Positions 27,636 to 36,686 of a stretch of 64,000 bases of DNA are shown in pieces. The position numbers and the translations under genes are program-made. The notes beneath the pieces were generated by a model. The model was not told the DNA's origin, made no database searches, and was given only the letters and a program-made list of their open reading frames with translations. How positions within the stretch are numbered: the first letter of the stretch is position 1; the number at the start of each line of letters is the position of its first letter. Source of the stretch: Candidatus Angelobacter sp. (lineage in GTDB: Bacteria; Acidobacteriota; Terriglobia; Terriglobales; Acidobacteriaceae); NCBI GenBank assembly GCA_035279585.1, contig DATEHN010000108.1, forward strand, positions 11,554-75,553, given 5' to 3'.

Positions 27636-30368
27636 ATGCTCGGTCGTTCCTGCAGGGCCGTTGTTGCGAAGCACTGTTCCCTCGGCATTTTCATTTTGGC
27701 TTGCGCTCTAAGCCAGGCAAAAGCACAGAACATTCCTAATCCTTGCCCGAATGCGCAGCCAATCCCCACGGAGTTGCGCCTGCCGCCCAACCTGCCGACC
27801 GGTGAGCCAGTAGCTTTTGAGAAACAGGTGCTGGCGTATCTAAGCACGCTCAACTATCGCAAGCTCGGCTGGTGTGAAGACAAGTGGGTGCGCGATACAG
27901 GCCCTTATATGAATGGGAAAGACGCAATCGTGCATCCGCCGGTGCGCATCTTCTATTCGCCTGAAGTCTCCAAGTGGCTGCTCGGTGACCGTCAGGGCGA
28001 GATTCCGGACGGTGCGGTCATCATCAAGGAGCAATTTGGTCCTGCTCCGGCTGCGCGCTTTGCAAATATTCCGCCGGACAAGCTGGGATGCTCAAACGAC
28101 TGGACCTTCATGATCAAGAATTCAGCCGCATCCCGCGACGGCTGGTTCTGGGGCGAGGTCTGGAACAGTGATCAATTTCCCATGAATTTTTCTGATCCGT
28201 TCCAGTATCCCAATGCCGGATATGGGCTCTACTGCCTGCGCTGCCATTCGTCGGCGGAGAAAGAACATACTTTCTCGACGCTGAACAACATCAAGAACGC
28301 GCCGGGATGGCCGCTGCAATACCGGGTTGACGATTCCTGGATGACGATCAAGGCCGATCCTCCAGGCGCCTGTGGCCATGGCAAGAGCGGCGCTGATCCG
28401 ACGGCCAATGAAGGTTTTCCCCAGCACGCACAGAATGCGCTGCTGGCAACCGAACATGTTCATCCTCTGGCAAAGCTGCTGGCAGCACCTCCCGTTCTGC
28501 AAAGGATGCCGCCGGAGCCGCTGGACAACTTTGTGCAGAAGTATCCCAAATCACTCGATCCGCTTACGAGCCCACAATTCGTCACCTCAGCGCAGTGTCT
28601 GGGATGCCATGGCGGTCTTGGCAATACCGGATTTGGACCCAGCATGGTCATTCTTCCGGACATGAATGTCTCGCCTTATGGTGAGTGGCGCTGGTCGCCC
28701 ATGGGGCTTGCTGGACGCGACCCGGTTTTCTATTCGCAACTGGATAGCGAGCTTGCTTTCCTGAAAAGCCAGCCGAAAACACAGCAGAACGTAGTGGATA
28801 CGTGCATGAGCTGCCACGGAGTCATGGGCAAAAGGTCTTTTGCGGCGGAGCATCCAACGGAAAATTTCAAGGTGGATTTTGTCTATGACACCGATCAATC
28901 TTCTGACGCCTTCCGCTATGGAGGCCTCTCACGCGATGGCATCAGTTGCATGGCGTGCCACCAGATGGCAGCGCCCAAAGACGGCCGCCTGAGCTATTTT
29001 CTGCAAAACAAGATCAACGGCCAATTTGATCTCACGCCGAACGACCAACTCAACGGGCCCTTCAAAGACGCGGAGATCACGACTTATCCCATGGACACAG
29101 CGATGGGAGTGAAGCCAAAATTTAATTCCTATATTCAGTCGCCGCAGATGTGTGGAAGCTGCCACACGATTGTCCTTCCGATTGTGGACAGCCCGAAGCC
29201 CGGAGAAACAGAGGTAGAACAGGCGACCTATCCGGAGTGGCTGAACAGCCAGTATCGCAATGAATATGGATCGGTGGGCACCACGCCCAAGACGTGCCAG
29301 GAATGCCACATGCCCACCGGCTACGTCGATCAGAAACAGAAAATCGATGTAACCCAGATCAAGACGCGCATAGCTACTGTGCAGGACCTTACGCTCCCGC
29401 AAACCGAACACCTGGCAACGCCGGAGCAAATCGACGTCCGCTACCGCGATGAAGGCTATCGCCGCCACGAATTGCTGGGAGCCAATGGGTTCCTTCAGGA
29501 GATGTTCCTGCTGCCGATCAACGATAGCGGAAACAACACGGTTCTTGGCGTGCGAACGAAAGACTACATGACCGGTTTCACCACCGACCTGAACAAAGCA
29601 GTGGACAACGTGGTGAAACAGGCGCAGAGCATTACGGCAACAGTTGGGATCTATAGCCTCCACGCGCAAGGAAATAAGCTTACAGTTGATGTAATTGTTA
29701 ACAACTTGGCTGGACATCGCTTTCCCAGCGGAGTTGGATTCCGGCGCGCCCTCCTTGAATTTCGGGCGATGGCTAACGGGCAGACCTTCTTTACCTCTGG
29801 AACCACCAACAGCATGGGACAGATCACAGACTCCAACGGCAAGGTGTTGCCCACGGAATCATTCGCGGGGGGAAAATATCAGCCTCATTTCAACCAGAAA
29901 AACCCCATCACCTCTTCTGACCAGGTGCAGATCTATGAGGAGCTCACCGAGGATGCGAACCATCAAATTACAACCAGCTTCACGCGGCGCGATCATGAAA
30001 TCAAAGACAATCGGCTGCTGCCCGCAGGGTGGTCTTTCACCGGTCCGCCCGACCTGAAGATTCCGGAGTTCTTTCTGGAAGCTACGCGTCCGAAGGGAGA
30101 TGCAGCAAATGATCCGGTATACCTTGCCGGCAAAGGACAGTCGATTGTGCGCTATGAAATTGCCATTCCGCCCAACCTGCAGAACCAGCCTGTAACCGTA
30201 AGAGTGTCACTCTATCTGCAAACTCTGCCGCCGTACTTCCTGGCGGACCGTTACCAGACGGCAACACCGGCAACCGGCCGGCTGAAATATTTAACAGGTT
30301 CCCTGGGAACGCTCAAGGACACGGAGTTGGCGAACTGGAAGTTGCTGGTGGCAACAGCAACGAAATAG
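27636..30368 (+). CDS. Secreted hexaheme c-type cytochrome family protein (910 aa)
   Basis: Signal peptide, then six CxxCH motifs read directly from the translation: CLRCH, CLGCH, CMSCH, CMACH, CGSCH, CQECH. Confidence 0.8.
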   Translation: MLGRSCRAVVAKHCSLGIFILACALSQAKAQNIPNPCPNAQPIPTELRLPPNLPTGEPVAFEKQVLAYLSTLNYRKLGWCEDKWVRDTGPYMNGKDAIVHPPVRIFYSPEVSKWLLGDRQGEIPDGAVIIKEQFGPAPAARFANIPPDKLGCSNDWTFMIKNSAASRDGWFWGEVWNSDQFPMNFSDPFQYPNAGYGLYCLRCHSSAEKEHTFSTLNNIKNAPGWPLQYRVDDSWMTIKADPPGACGHGKSGADPTANEGFPQHAQNALLATEHVHPLAKLLAAPPVLQRMPPEPLDNFVQKYPKSLDPLTSPQFVTSAQCLGCHGGLGNTGFGPSMVILPDMNVSPYGEWRWSPMGLAGRDPVFYSQLDSELAFLKSQPKTQQNVVDTCMSCHGVMGKRSFAAEHPTENFKVDFVYDTDQSSDAFRYGGLSRDGISCMACHQMAAPKDGRLSYFLQNKINGQFDLTPNDQLNGPFKDAEITTYPMDTAMGVKPKFNSYIQSPQMCGSCHTIVLPIVDSPKPGETEVEQATYPEWLNSQYRNEYGSVGTTPKTCQECHMPTGYVDQKQKIDVTQIKTRIATVQDLTLPQTEHLATPEQIDVRYRDEGYRRHELLGANGFLQEMFLLPINDSGNNTVLGVRTKDYMTGFTTDLNKAVDNVVKQAQSITATVGIYSLHAQGNKLTVDVIVNNLAGHRFPSGVGFRRALLEFRAMANGQTFFTSGTTNSMGQITDSNGKVLPTESFAGGKYQPHFNQKNPITSSDQVQIYEELTEDANHQITTSFTRRDHEIKDNRLLPAGWSFTGPPDLKIPEFFLEATRPKGDAANDPVYLAGKGQSIVRYEIAIPPNLQNQPVTVRVSLYLQTLPPYFLADRYQTATPATGRLKYLTGSLGTLKDTELANWKLLVATATK

Positions 30369-30641
30369 GATTGCGCGCCCCCTGCATAACAGGACGCGCT
30401 CAGCGGAAAATGCAGACAATTAAGGACTTGGTGGACCTGGTCGGGATCGGTCTTACATGGGGTATTGATAATACGTAAGTTCCGTATGCCCAAAAGGTCC
30501 CAAATGCCTAGTTTGTCGGATCGGTTGTACGATTTTTGTGCGGTGAATTTTCAAAATCGCGTTTTATCATTTGCTCCAACATTCCCCGTTTAACCTTCCG
30601 ATCGAAGTCTCGAAAGTGTACGCTCATAGCTAATGAAAACG

Positions 30642-30677
30642 CGTCCGAAAATGGACACGGAAGTCCATAATTGGACA
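30642..30677 (+). promoter_or_regulatory. Tandem palindromic sites (candidate enhancer/UAS for the NtrC-type regulator)
   Basis: CGTCCGAAAATGGACA (30642-30657) and AGTCCATAATTGGACA (30662-30677) sit 20 bp centre to centre. The same TGTCCA-N4-TGGACA motif recurs at 36284-36320. Confidence 0.45.
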
Positions 30678-30739
30678 CCAATGCGAGCCAGGGTTTGCCT
30701 TTAGCCTTTTGTTTTTAAGAAATTTTGCGAAAAATAGAT

Positions 30740-30755
30740 TGGCTCTAGGAATGCA
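30740..30755 (+). promoter_or_regulatory. Candidate sigma54 (-24/-12) promoter upstream of the ADOP permease operon
   Basis: TGGCTC-TAGGA-ATGCA has GG and GC at the exact consensus spacing of TGGCAC-N5-TTGCW. It lies ~130 nt upstream of ATG 30885. Confidence 0.45.
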
Positions 30756-30884
30756 TCAACACAGGTCAGGCCTTTAGCGGGGTACGTCGATCCAAAGATA
30801 ATGTGATGAATACTTGGAAGATCGCGAGTGAGGCTTAGCTCGCTCAGGATGGGAAAGCGGTTCGTAATGGCGAGCCATCGATTG

Positions 30885-33326
30885 ATGTCAACACTCTTTC
30901 AAGACTTCTCTTACTGCATTCGTTCTCTGAGGAAAACACCGGGATTCACATTCGTGTCCGTGGCCACCTTGGCGTTTGCTATCGCCGCTAACATAGTGGT
31001 TTTCAGCATTCTCGATGCGATAGCCCTACAGCCACCACCTTATCGCAATGCCGGCCGCATTTCGGTGCTTCGCTGGTCTGATCGTAAGCTTCAACCCCAA
31101 GCAGAGGTTTCGGCCGCCGTTTTCTTTATGTTGCAGAAACATGCCCAATCTTTTGCAACAGTCGCTGCATCATATCCGCAAGACGTGGGTATAAACCTTG
31201 CCGGATCGGGTGTTCCACGTTATGTCAAAGCCCTACGCGTGTCGCAGAGCTATTTCGAAACGCTCGGCGTAGAACCGATCCTCGGACGCTCCTTTTTGCC
31301 AGAAGAAGATCGGGCCGGCTCTCCGGGAACGGTTATCCTCAGTTATCGATTGTGGGAAACCGGTTTCAATCGGGAGCCTGCCATTCTCGGAGAGCAACTT
31401 AGGATCAATGGCGCCCAATTCTCGGTTATCGGTGTGATGCCTTCCGGATTTTATTCGTATCCCAATGCCGATGTTTGGGTTCCTCTACAACTCAATGACG
31501 CAAATGCCGATCCAGGTAGTGACTACTTAGTACTTGCTTCTTTGAAAGACACTGTGGTTCCCTCCCAGGCGGAACAGGAACTGTCGACACTTTCTCGTAA
31601 TTATCCTATGTCTTACCTTCCTGGCATGACAGCAGGAACGGCACAACTCAGCCTCGAAGATTTGCAGAAATTCCGTACTGCCAGGGTTCGCAGACAACTC
31701 ACTTTATTGTTCTTTGCAGTTGCCACAGTGCTTCTGGTCACTTGCACCAATGTAACTGTATTGCTTCTGGTGCGCGGACTTGCCCGAACACAAGAAATGG
31801 CGCTGCGAGCTGCTCTAGGCTCGTCAAAATGGAGGTTGGTCCAAATTGTTTTGACCGAAAGCGCGCTCGTTGCCGCATGCGGAGGGATCCTCGGGATTGC
31901 TTTGGGCAAGGAGCTGTTGCAGTTGGCTGTATCAATTCTGCCCCATCCTTTGTTGGAAGGCGCAAGAATTGACATGAACCGACAATCATTGCTTTTCGGT
32001 CTAGCGCTTTCAGCTTTAACCCTTGTCGTCCTCGGGTTCCTGCCTGCCATTAAATTGGACCTGAAGAGCATTACCGCCAGCTTGAGGCCGGCGAACCGGG
32101 GTATAACAGCCGGCGTTGGCCAGACCCGGCTGGCTCAACTCCTGGTAACGACGGAAGCAGCGCTGACGGTTGTTCTTCTTGGGTTCGGACTACTTCTATT
32201 GCAGAGCTTTATAAATCTGTGTTCGGTGAGTCCTGGCTTCAATCCGACGTCTGTATCCGTTATCCAGGTATCGCTTGCCGGTGCACGGTATCAAACCACA
32301 GCAGCCACATGTCGTCTGGTAGATTCGGTTGTCGATCAACTTGCGAGAACGGCAGGGGTCGAAACCGTAGGAACCAGCAATGGCCTGCCACTCGAAACCG
32401 GCCTGAATCTGCCTGTCTATCCAATGGATTCACCCCGCAATATCGACCACGCGGTCCAATATCGAATGGTCAAAGGCAGTTATTTCAAAGCCTTGCGCAT
32501 CCAGCTGTTATCTGGGCGATTGTTTTCCCAGCAAGACGGCGCAAAGGGGCAGCCCGTTGCAATCATCAATGAAGTACTGGCCCGTCGCTGGTGGCCGAAC
32601 GAGAGCGCGATTGGTCATTACCTCCATGCCGGCGAGGAATACGGTCCGGAGTTCAACGATCATCCACGCCAGGTCATCGGCGTTGTTGCCAACGTGCATG
32701 AACTAGGGTTGAGGTACGATTCTCCACCCACAGTCTTTGTGCCTGATGACCAGGTATCGGACAGCCTGACTGCGTTTACGAACAAGCTGTTTTTACTTTC
32801 CATCCTCGTTCGAACCAAGCAGGATCTGGAGATGTCCGAACAAATCAAGTCCGTCCTCGCCTCTGCTGACCCCGATCTTCCAATCGCATCTTCACGTCCC
32901 ATGACAGTCGTGATGAACGGATCTCTTGCTCGTCCACGCTTCTATACCCAGATTGCGGGGCTCTTCGCTGTTTTCGCATTGCTTCTGACAGCGATCGGGC
33001 TGTATGGGTTACTCAGCTATCAAGTACAGCTCAGGATGCCAGAACTCGGTGTCCGAATTGCCCTTGGAGCGACCCGGCCGCAGATAGTTTGGCTTATCAT
33101 CAGACAAGGCATACGTCTTTCCGCAACGGCTCTTTTCTTAGGGCTCATCGGTTCGATTTTTGTAAGCCGGGCTCTGAGTGGGATGCTTTATAATACCGAC
33201 CATGTCTTCTTACGGTTATTGATTGGGGAGGGTGCATTACTTGGGTTCGTTACGATAATGGTTACTTCCCTCGCTGCTGCTCGCATTTCCGCTATCGAAC
33301 CATTGACGGTCCTGCGCAGCCAGTAA
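30885..33326 (+). CDS. ADOP-family (MacB/FtsX-like duplicated) ABC transporter permease
   Basis: The N-terminus MSTLFQDFSYCIRSLRKTPGFTFVSVATLAFAIAANI is typical of acidobacterial duplicated orphan permeases. It has two MacB-periplasmic-core plus FtsX 4-TM halves and no adjacent ATPase gene. The ORF track starts at GTG 30828. Confidence 0.85.
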   Translation: MSTLFQDFSYCIRSLRKTPGFTFVSVATLAFAIAANIVVFSILDAIALQPPPYRNAGRISVLRWSDRKLQPQAEVSAAVFFMLQKHAQSFATVAASYPQDVGINLAGSGVPRYVKALRVSQSYFETLGVEPILGRSFLPEEDRAGSPGTVILSYRLWETGFNREPAILGEQLRINGAQFSVIGVMPSGFYSYPNADVWVPLQLNDANADPGSDYLVLASLKDTVVPSQAEQELSTLSRNYPMSYLPGMTAGTAQLSLEDLQKFRTARVRRQLTLLFFAVATVLLVTCTNVTVLLLVRGLARTQEMALRAALGSSKWRLVQIVLTESALVAACGGILGIALGKELLQLAVSILPHPLLEGARIDMNRQSLLFGLALSALTLVVLGFLPAIKLDLKSITASLRPANRGITAGVGQTRLAQLLVTTEAALTVVLLGFGLLLLQSFINLCSVSPGFNPTSVSVIQVSLAGARYQTTAATCRLVDSVVDQLARTAGVETVGTSNGLPLETGLNLPVYPMDSPRNIDHAVQYRMVKGSYFKALRIQLLSGRLFSQQDGAKGQPVAIINEVLARRWWPNESAIGHYLHAGEEYGPEFNDHPRQVIGVVANVHELGLRYDSPPTVFVPDDQVSDSLTAFTNKLFLLSILVRTKQDLEMSEQIKSVLASADPDLPIASSRPMTVVMNGSLARPRFYTQIAGLFAVFALLLTAIGLYGLLSYQVQLRMPELGVRIALGATRPQIVWLIIRQGIRLSATALFLGLIGSIFVSRALSGMLYNTDHVFLRLLIGEGALLGFVTIMVTSLAAARISAIEPLTVLRSQ

Positions 33327-33344
33327 GTCCTTGCACGACCGGCA

Positions 33345-34802
33345 ATGCTGCGGGGAATTATTGAGAAGCCTGGGCACCCTTGGCTCAGTTCTGCTCATAT
33401 GCGAAATTTCGAGAATCAATACCGCATTCTGGCTGCCGATGATCAACCCGCCGTGCTTGAAGCCCTGAAGATGCTGCTCCGGTCGGAAGGCTTTGAAGTA
33501 GAAACGGCCCGTTCACCCCAGGTCGCTCTGGAAGCAGTAAAAACGCGTGAATTCGATACTCTGATCCTGGACCTCAACTATGCCCGCGATACCACTTCGG
33601 GGAAGGAAGGCATTGAGCTTCTTGAAAGCATTCGTGAAGTGGATAACCAGGTACCGATCATCGTGATGACGGCCTGGGGCACGATTGATCTCGCTGTAGA
33701 GGCGGTACGCAGAGGTGCGCGCGATTTTGTCCAAAAGCCCTGGAACGACGACCACTTGATAGCTACGGTCCGAACCACTGCGGAACTGTACCGTGCCCTG
33801 CGCCAGGGACAACGCCTTGAAGCAGAGAACCGGCTATTTCGCAGCTATGGTGCGCCAAGTTTTGTCGCTACAGCTCCTGCCATGCGCCCCATAGTAGAAG
33901 CCATTTCGCAGATTGGCCCATCGGACGCCAATGTTCTTATTACGGGCGAACACGGCGCCGGGAAAGAGGTGGTGGCTTTGATGTTACATGCGGTTTCACG
34001 TCGCGCAGACAAACCGCTCATTGCCGTCAACACCGGGGGCTTGCCGGAGGGCACTTTTGAAAGCGAATTGTTTGGTCACGTCAGAGGGGCCTTTACCGAT
34101 GCCAAGGCGGACCGGATCGGGCGATTTGAAATGGCTGATCAGGGAACATTGTTCTTGGATGAAATTGCCAATGTTCCGCTGAGGCAGCAGGCCAAACTCC
34201 TGCGCGTTTTGGAGAGTGGGCAGATGGAGCGTGTAGGGTCCTCACGCACACGCCAGGTGAATGTGCGTGCTCTCTCTGCGACAAATGCGGACCTTCAAGC
34301 CAAATGCAATGCGGGTGAATTTCGTGAAGACCTTCTGTTTCGGCTTAATACTGTTGAAATTCACATTCCATCGCTGCGGGAGCGCCCTGAGGATATTCCG
34401 CCTCTGGCTGCACATTTCTTGAATAAACACGCCAGCCGTTATCATAAGGCGCTTCAGGGACTCAGCCCTGAAGCAGTGGAGAAACTCGTAACCTTTCCCT
34501 GGCCGGGAAATGTACGGCAGCTGGACCACGTTATTGAACGCGCCACGATCATGTGCAAAGGAAATTTCATTCAACCCGGCGACCTGGGGCTTCAAGTTTC
34601 CTCCGAACATCATCCAGCAGACCTGAGTGAGATGAGCCTCGAACAGGCGGAAAAGCTCCTGATCAAGAAGGCTTTAGCGCGTTATAAAGGGAGTGTGAAG
34701 CTGGCGGCTGAAGCGCTGGGTCTCAGCCGCGGCACATTTTATCGCCGGATGGAGAAGCACGGGCTACATGAATCCACGTCCGCCAGGAAACAGCAGCAAT
34801 AA
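33345..34802 (+). CDS. Sigma54-dependent response regulator (NtrC family bEBP: REC-AAA+-Fis HTH)
   Basis: REC domain (RILAADDQP...LILDLNY). AAA+ domain with Walker A GEHGAGKE, the loop ELFGHVRGAFTDA (GAFTGA variant), Walker B LFLDEI and R-finger region. C-terminal HTH AAEALGLSRGTFYRRM. ATG 33399 is an alternative start. Confidence 0.9.
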   Translation: MLRGIIEKPGHPWLSSAHMRNFENQYRILAADDQPAVLEALKMLLRSEGFEVETARSPQVALEAVKTREFDTLILDLNYARDTTSGKEGIELLESIREVDNQVPIIVMTAWGTIDLAVEAVRRGARDFVQKPWNDDHLIATVRTTAELYRALRQGQRLEAENRLFRSYGAPSFVATAPAMRPIVEAISQIGPSDANVLITGEHGAGKEVVALMLHAVSRRADKPLIAVNTGGLPEGTFESELFGHVRGAFTDAKADRIGRFEMADQGTLFLDEIANVPLRQQAKLLRVLESGQMERVGSSRTRQVNVRALSATNADLQAKCNAGEFREDLLFRLNTVEIHIPSLRERPEDIPPLAAHFLNKHASRYHKALQGLSPEAVEKLVTFPWPGNVRQLDHVIERATIMCKGNFIQPGDLGLQVSSEHHPADLSEMSLEQAEKLLIKKALARYKGSVKLAAEALGLSRGTFYRRMEKHGLHESTSARKQQQ

Positions 34803-36189
34803 AGGAATGGGACGGCTATCGCTGTCCTTTGAGCGCCGCCTGTTTCTTTCCGTACTGTTCGCCGGACTTCCTGGAGTCGGACTCGCCCTCTTTCTGCTTT
34901 GGTCAGGCCAGTATTCCCTCTACCATAAGACCCTGGGCACCGTTGTTCTGGCTCTTCTGTGGTCCTTATTGGCGGTGTCCGCTTGTGGGAGCGTCACCAG
35001 CGCATTGCGGGTCTTGTCAAATGTAATCGAATCTCTCAAGGAGGAAGACTTTTCCTTTCGGGCTGCGCATGCAATTAAGGGTGATGCACTGGGCGATCTA
35101 GCAATCGAGGTCAATAAACTTGCTCAAGCGCTCAACGAAGAGCGCCTGGCATCATTGGAAACCGTGAATCTATTTCGCCGCATCATGTCGGAAGCTGGAG
35201 CGGTGATGTTTGCCTTTTCCGATGACCGCTGCGTGCGCCTCATGAATCGAGATGCAGCCCGCTTGTTGGGCCATAGCGAAGAACAGCTGCTGCATCGCAG
35301 CGCGCAAGAGCTGGGTATTACTGATCTCATCGAGGGCCCACCCGCGGAAACAATAACCCGCATGTTCGGTGGTCTTGAACGTCGATGGATCGTTCGTCGC
35401 TCTCATTTCCGGTTCCATGGCATTCAACATACGTTAATCGTGATGTCGGAAGCATCCGAGGCGCTTCGCGCGGAAGAGAGATCAGCTTGGCAAAAACTTA
35501 TCCGCGTTCTCGGCCATGAGATTAATAATTCGCTTGCACCAATTAAGTCGATTGCATATACGTTGGCCCGAACGTCGGCAAGCGAAAATTTGCCGGCACC
35601 GTTGAAAGTTAACCTGAAACAAGGGTTGGAAGTCATTGCTGATCGTTCCGATTCCCTGAACCGATTTCTTCAGGCCTATACCCAAATCGCAAAACTTCCT
35701 CCGCCGTCACCCATGGTAAGTTCGTTGCCGGCCATTGTCTCCAATGTTGTTGCCTTGGAGCACAGACTTCCCATTGCCACTCTTTCGGATGGCTGTCTCG
35801 ATGTTCTTGTTGATCGTGACCAACTGGAGCACGCTATCATCAATTTGGTTCGTAACGCTGTCGAGGCGGTACTGATGAACTCAGAAGTGGTGCAGGATGA
35901 CGCCGTGACAATATCATGGCATTCACATGCAGGCGATCTCGAACTATGGATACGGGACCGCGGCATTGGCCTTCCCGAAACTCAGAACCTATTTGTTCCT
36001 TTTTACACCACTAAGCAGAATGGGACCGGCATTGGCCTTGTGCTGAGCCGCCAAATCATTGAAGCGCATAATGGCCGTCTCTCCATCCAAAACCGCCAGG
36101 ATGGGCCCGGTTGTGAAGTTAGGCTTTTCCTGCCTCGCTGTGTAGTCGCTCGCAAGCCGCTGGGACGTATGCCATCCACCGGAAAATGA
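34768..36189 (+). CDS. Sensor histidine kinase (2 TM, HAMP/PAS-like, HisKA, HATPase_c)
   Basis: H-box LGHEINNSLAPIKS, N-box LVRNAVEA, G-boxes DRGIGLP and GTGIGLVLSRQI. It overlaps or abuts the regulator gene (alternative start ATG 34807). Confidence 0.9.
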   Translation: MNPRPPGNSSNKGMGRLSLSFERRLFLSVLFAGLPGVGLALFLLWSGQYSLYHKTLGTVVLALLWSLLAVSACGSVTSALRVLSNVIESLKEEDFSFRAAHAIKGDALGDLAIEVNKLAQALNEERLASLETVNLFRRIMSEAGAVMFAFSDDRCVRLMNRDAARLLGHSEEQLLHRSAQELGITDLIEGPPAETITRMFGGLERRWIVRRSHFRFHGIQHTLIVMSEASEALRAEERSAWQKLIRVLGHEINNSLAPIKSIAYTLARTSASENLPAPLKVNLKQGLEVIADRSDSLNRFLQAYTQIAKLPPPSPMVSSLPAIVSNVVALEHRLPIATLSDGCLDVLVDRDQLEHAIINLVRNAVEAVLMNSEVVQDDAVTISWHSHAGDLELWIRDRGIGLPETQNLFVPFYTTKQNGTGIGLVLSRQIIEAHNGRLSIQNRQDGPGCEVRLFLPRCVVARKPLGRMPSTGK

Positions 36190-36283
36190 ATCTTTGCTTC
36201 CGTGCTTTAATGTAATCCGAGCCTCCAGAGGTTTTTATCCCCGTGAATACATCGGGACATCCTGCACCACACTTGCGCTCTCA

Positions 36284-36320
36284 TGTCCGCTACTGGATTC
36301 GATTTGTCCATAACTGGACA
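36284..36320 (+). promoter_or_regulatory. Tandem palindromic sites (candidate enhancer/UAS) upstream of the lanthipeptide operon
   Basis: TGTCCGCTACTGGATT (36284-36299) and the perfect palindrome TGTCCATAACTGGACA (36305-36320) sit 21 bp centre to centre. A third, weaker site TGTCCAAGTTTGGCGG lies at 36416-36431. Confidence 0.5.
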
Positions 36321-36474
36321 CGCAAACCGTAATTTTTCCTGAGATTGATCTAGGGACCGGAAATCAATTCAACACATCTATTGTTTTTCCATATACGAGA
36401 AGCACATACATCTCATGTCCAAGTTTGGCGGCTGCGAGTATTAAGGCAGTTTAGTACCATAGCGGCAATAACTA

Positions 36475-36490
36475 TGGCACAACACTTGCT
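36475..36490 (+). promoter_or_regulatory. Sigma54 (-24/-12) promoter
   Basis: TGGCAC-AACAC-TTGCT matches TGGCAC-N5-TTGCW at every specified position. It ends 48 nt upstream of the precursor-peptide ATG. Confidence 0.65.
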
Positions 36491-36537
36491 TACCTAGGAT
36501 GTACCCGATTTTAAATCTAAAGCTATGGAGAAAGTCG

Positions 36538-36678
36538 ATGCCCCAAGTTCTTAACTTTCAACGCCTGGGATTTAATGGATCACGGATTGATGATATTGAA
36601 CCATTGTTTCTTATCAGCAGTACCAGCAGCATCTGCTCAACCGTTCCAACAACCGGCAGCGGGATCCCAGCCAACTAG
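36538..36678 (+). CDS. Class III lanthipeptide precursor peptide (46 aa; not in ORF track)
   Basis: ATG 36538 is preceded by GGAGAAAGTCG. The product is MPQVLNFQRLGFNGSRIDDIEPLFLISSTSSICSTVPTTGSGIPAN. It has a leader motif VLNFQ (compare the ILELQ-type class III leader motif). The Ser/Thr-rich core contains S-x-x-S-x-x-C. It lies 130 nt upstream of the LanKC gene. Confidence 0.7.
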   Translation: MPQVLNFQRLGFNGSRIDDIEPLFLISSTSSICSTVPTTGSGIPAN

Positions 36679-36686
36679 GCCGATAT

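Noticed and set aside
28929-29717. 262-aa minus-strand ORF
   Set aside because: It is antisense to the hexaheme cytochrome gene, which has a signal peptide and six CxxCH motifs. The ORF has shadow-ORF composition.
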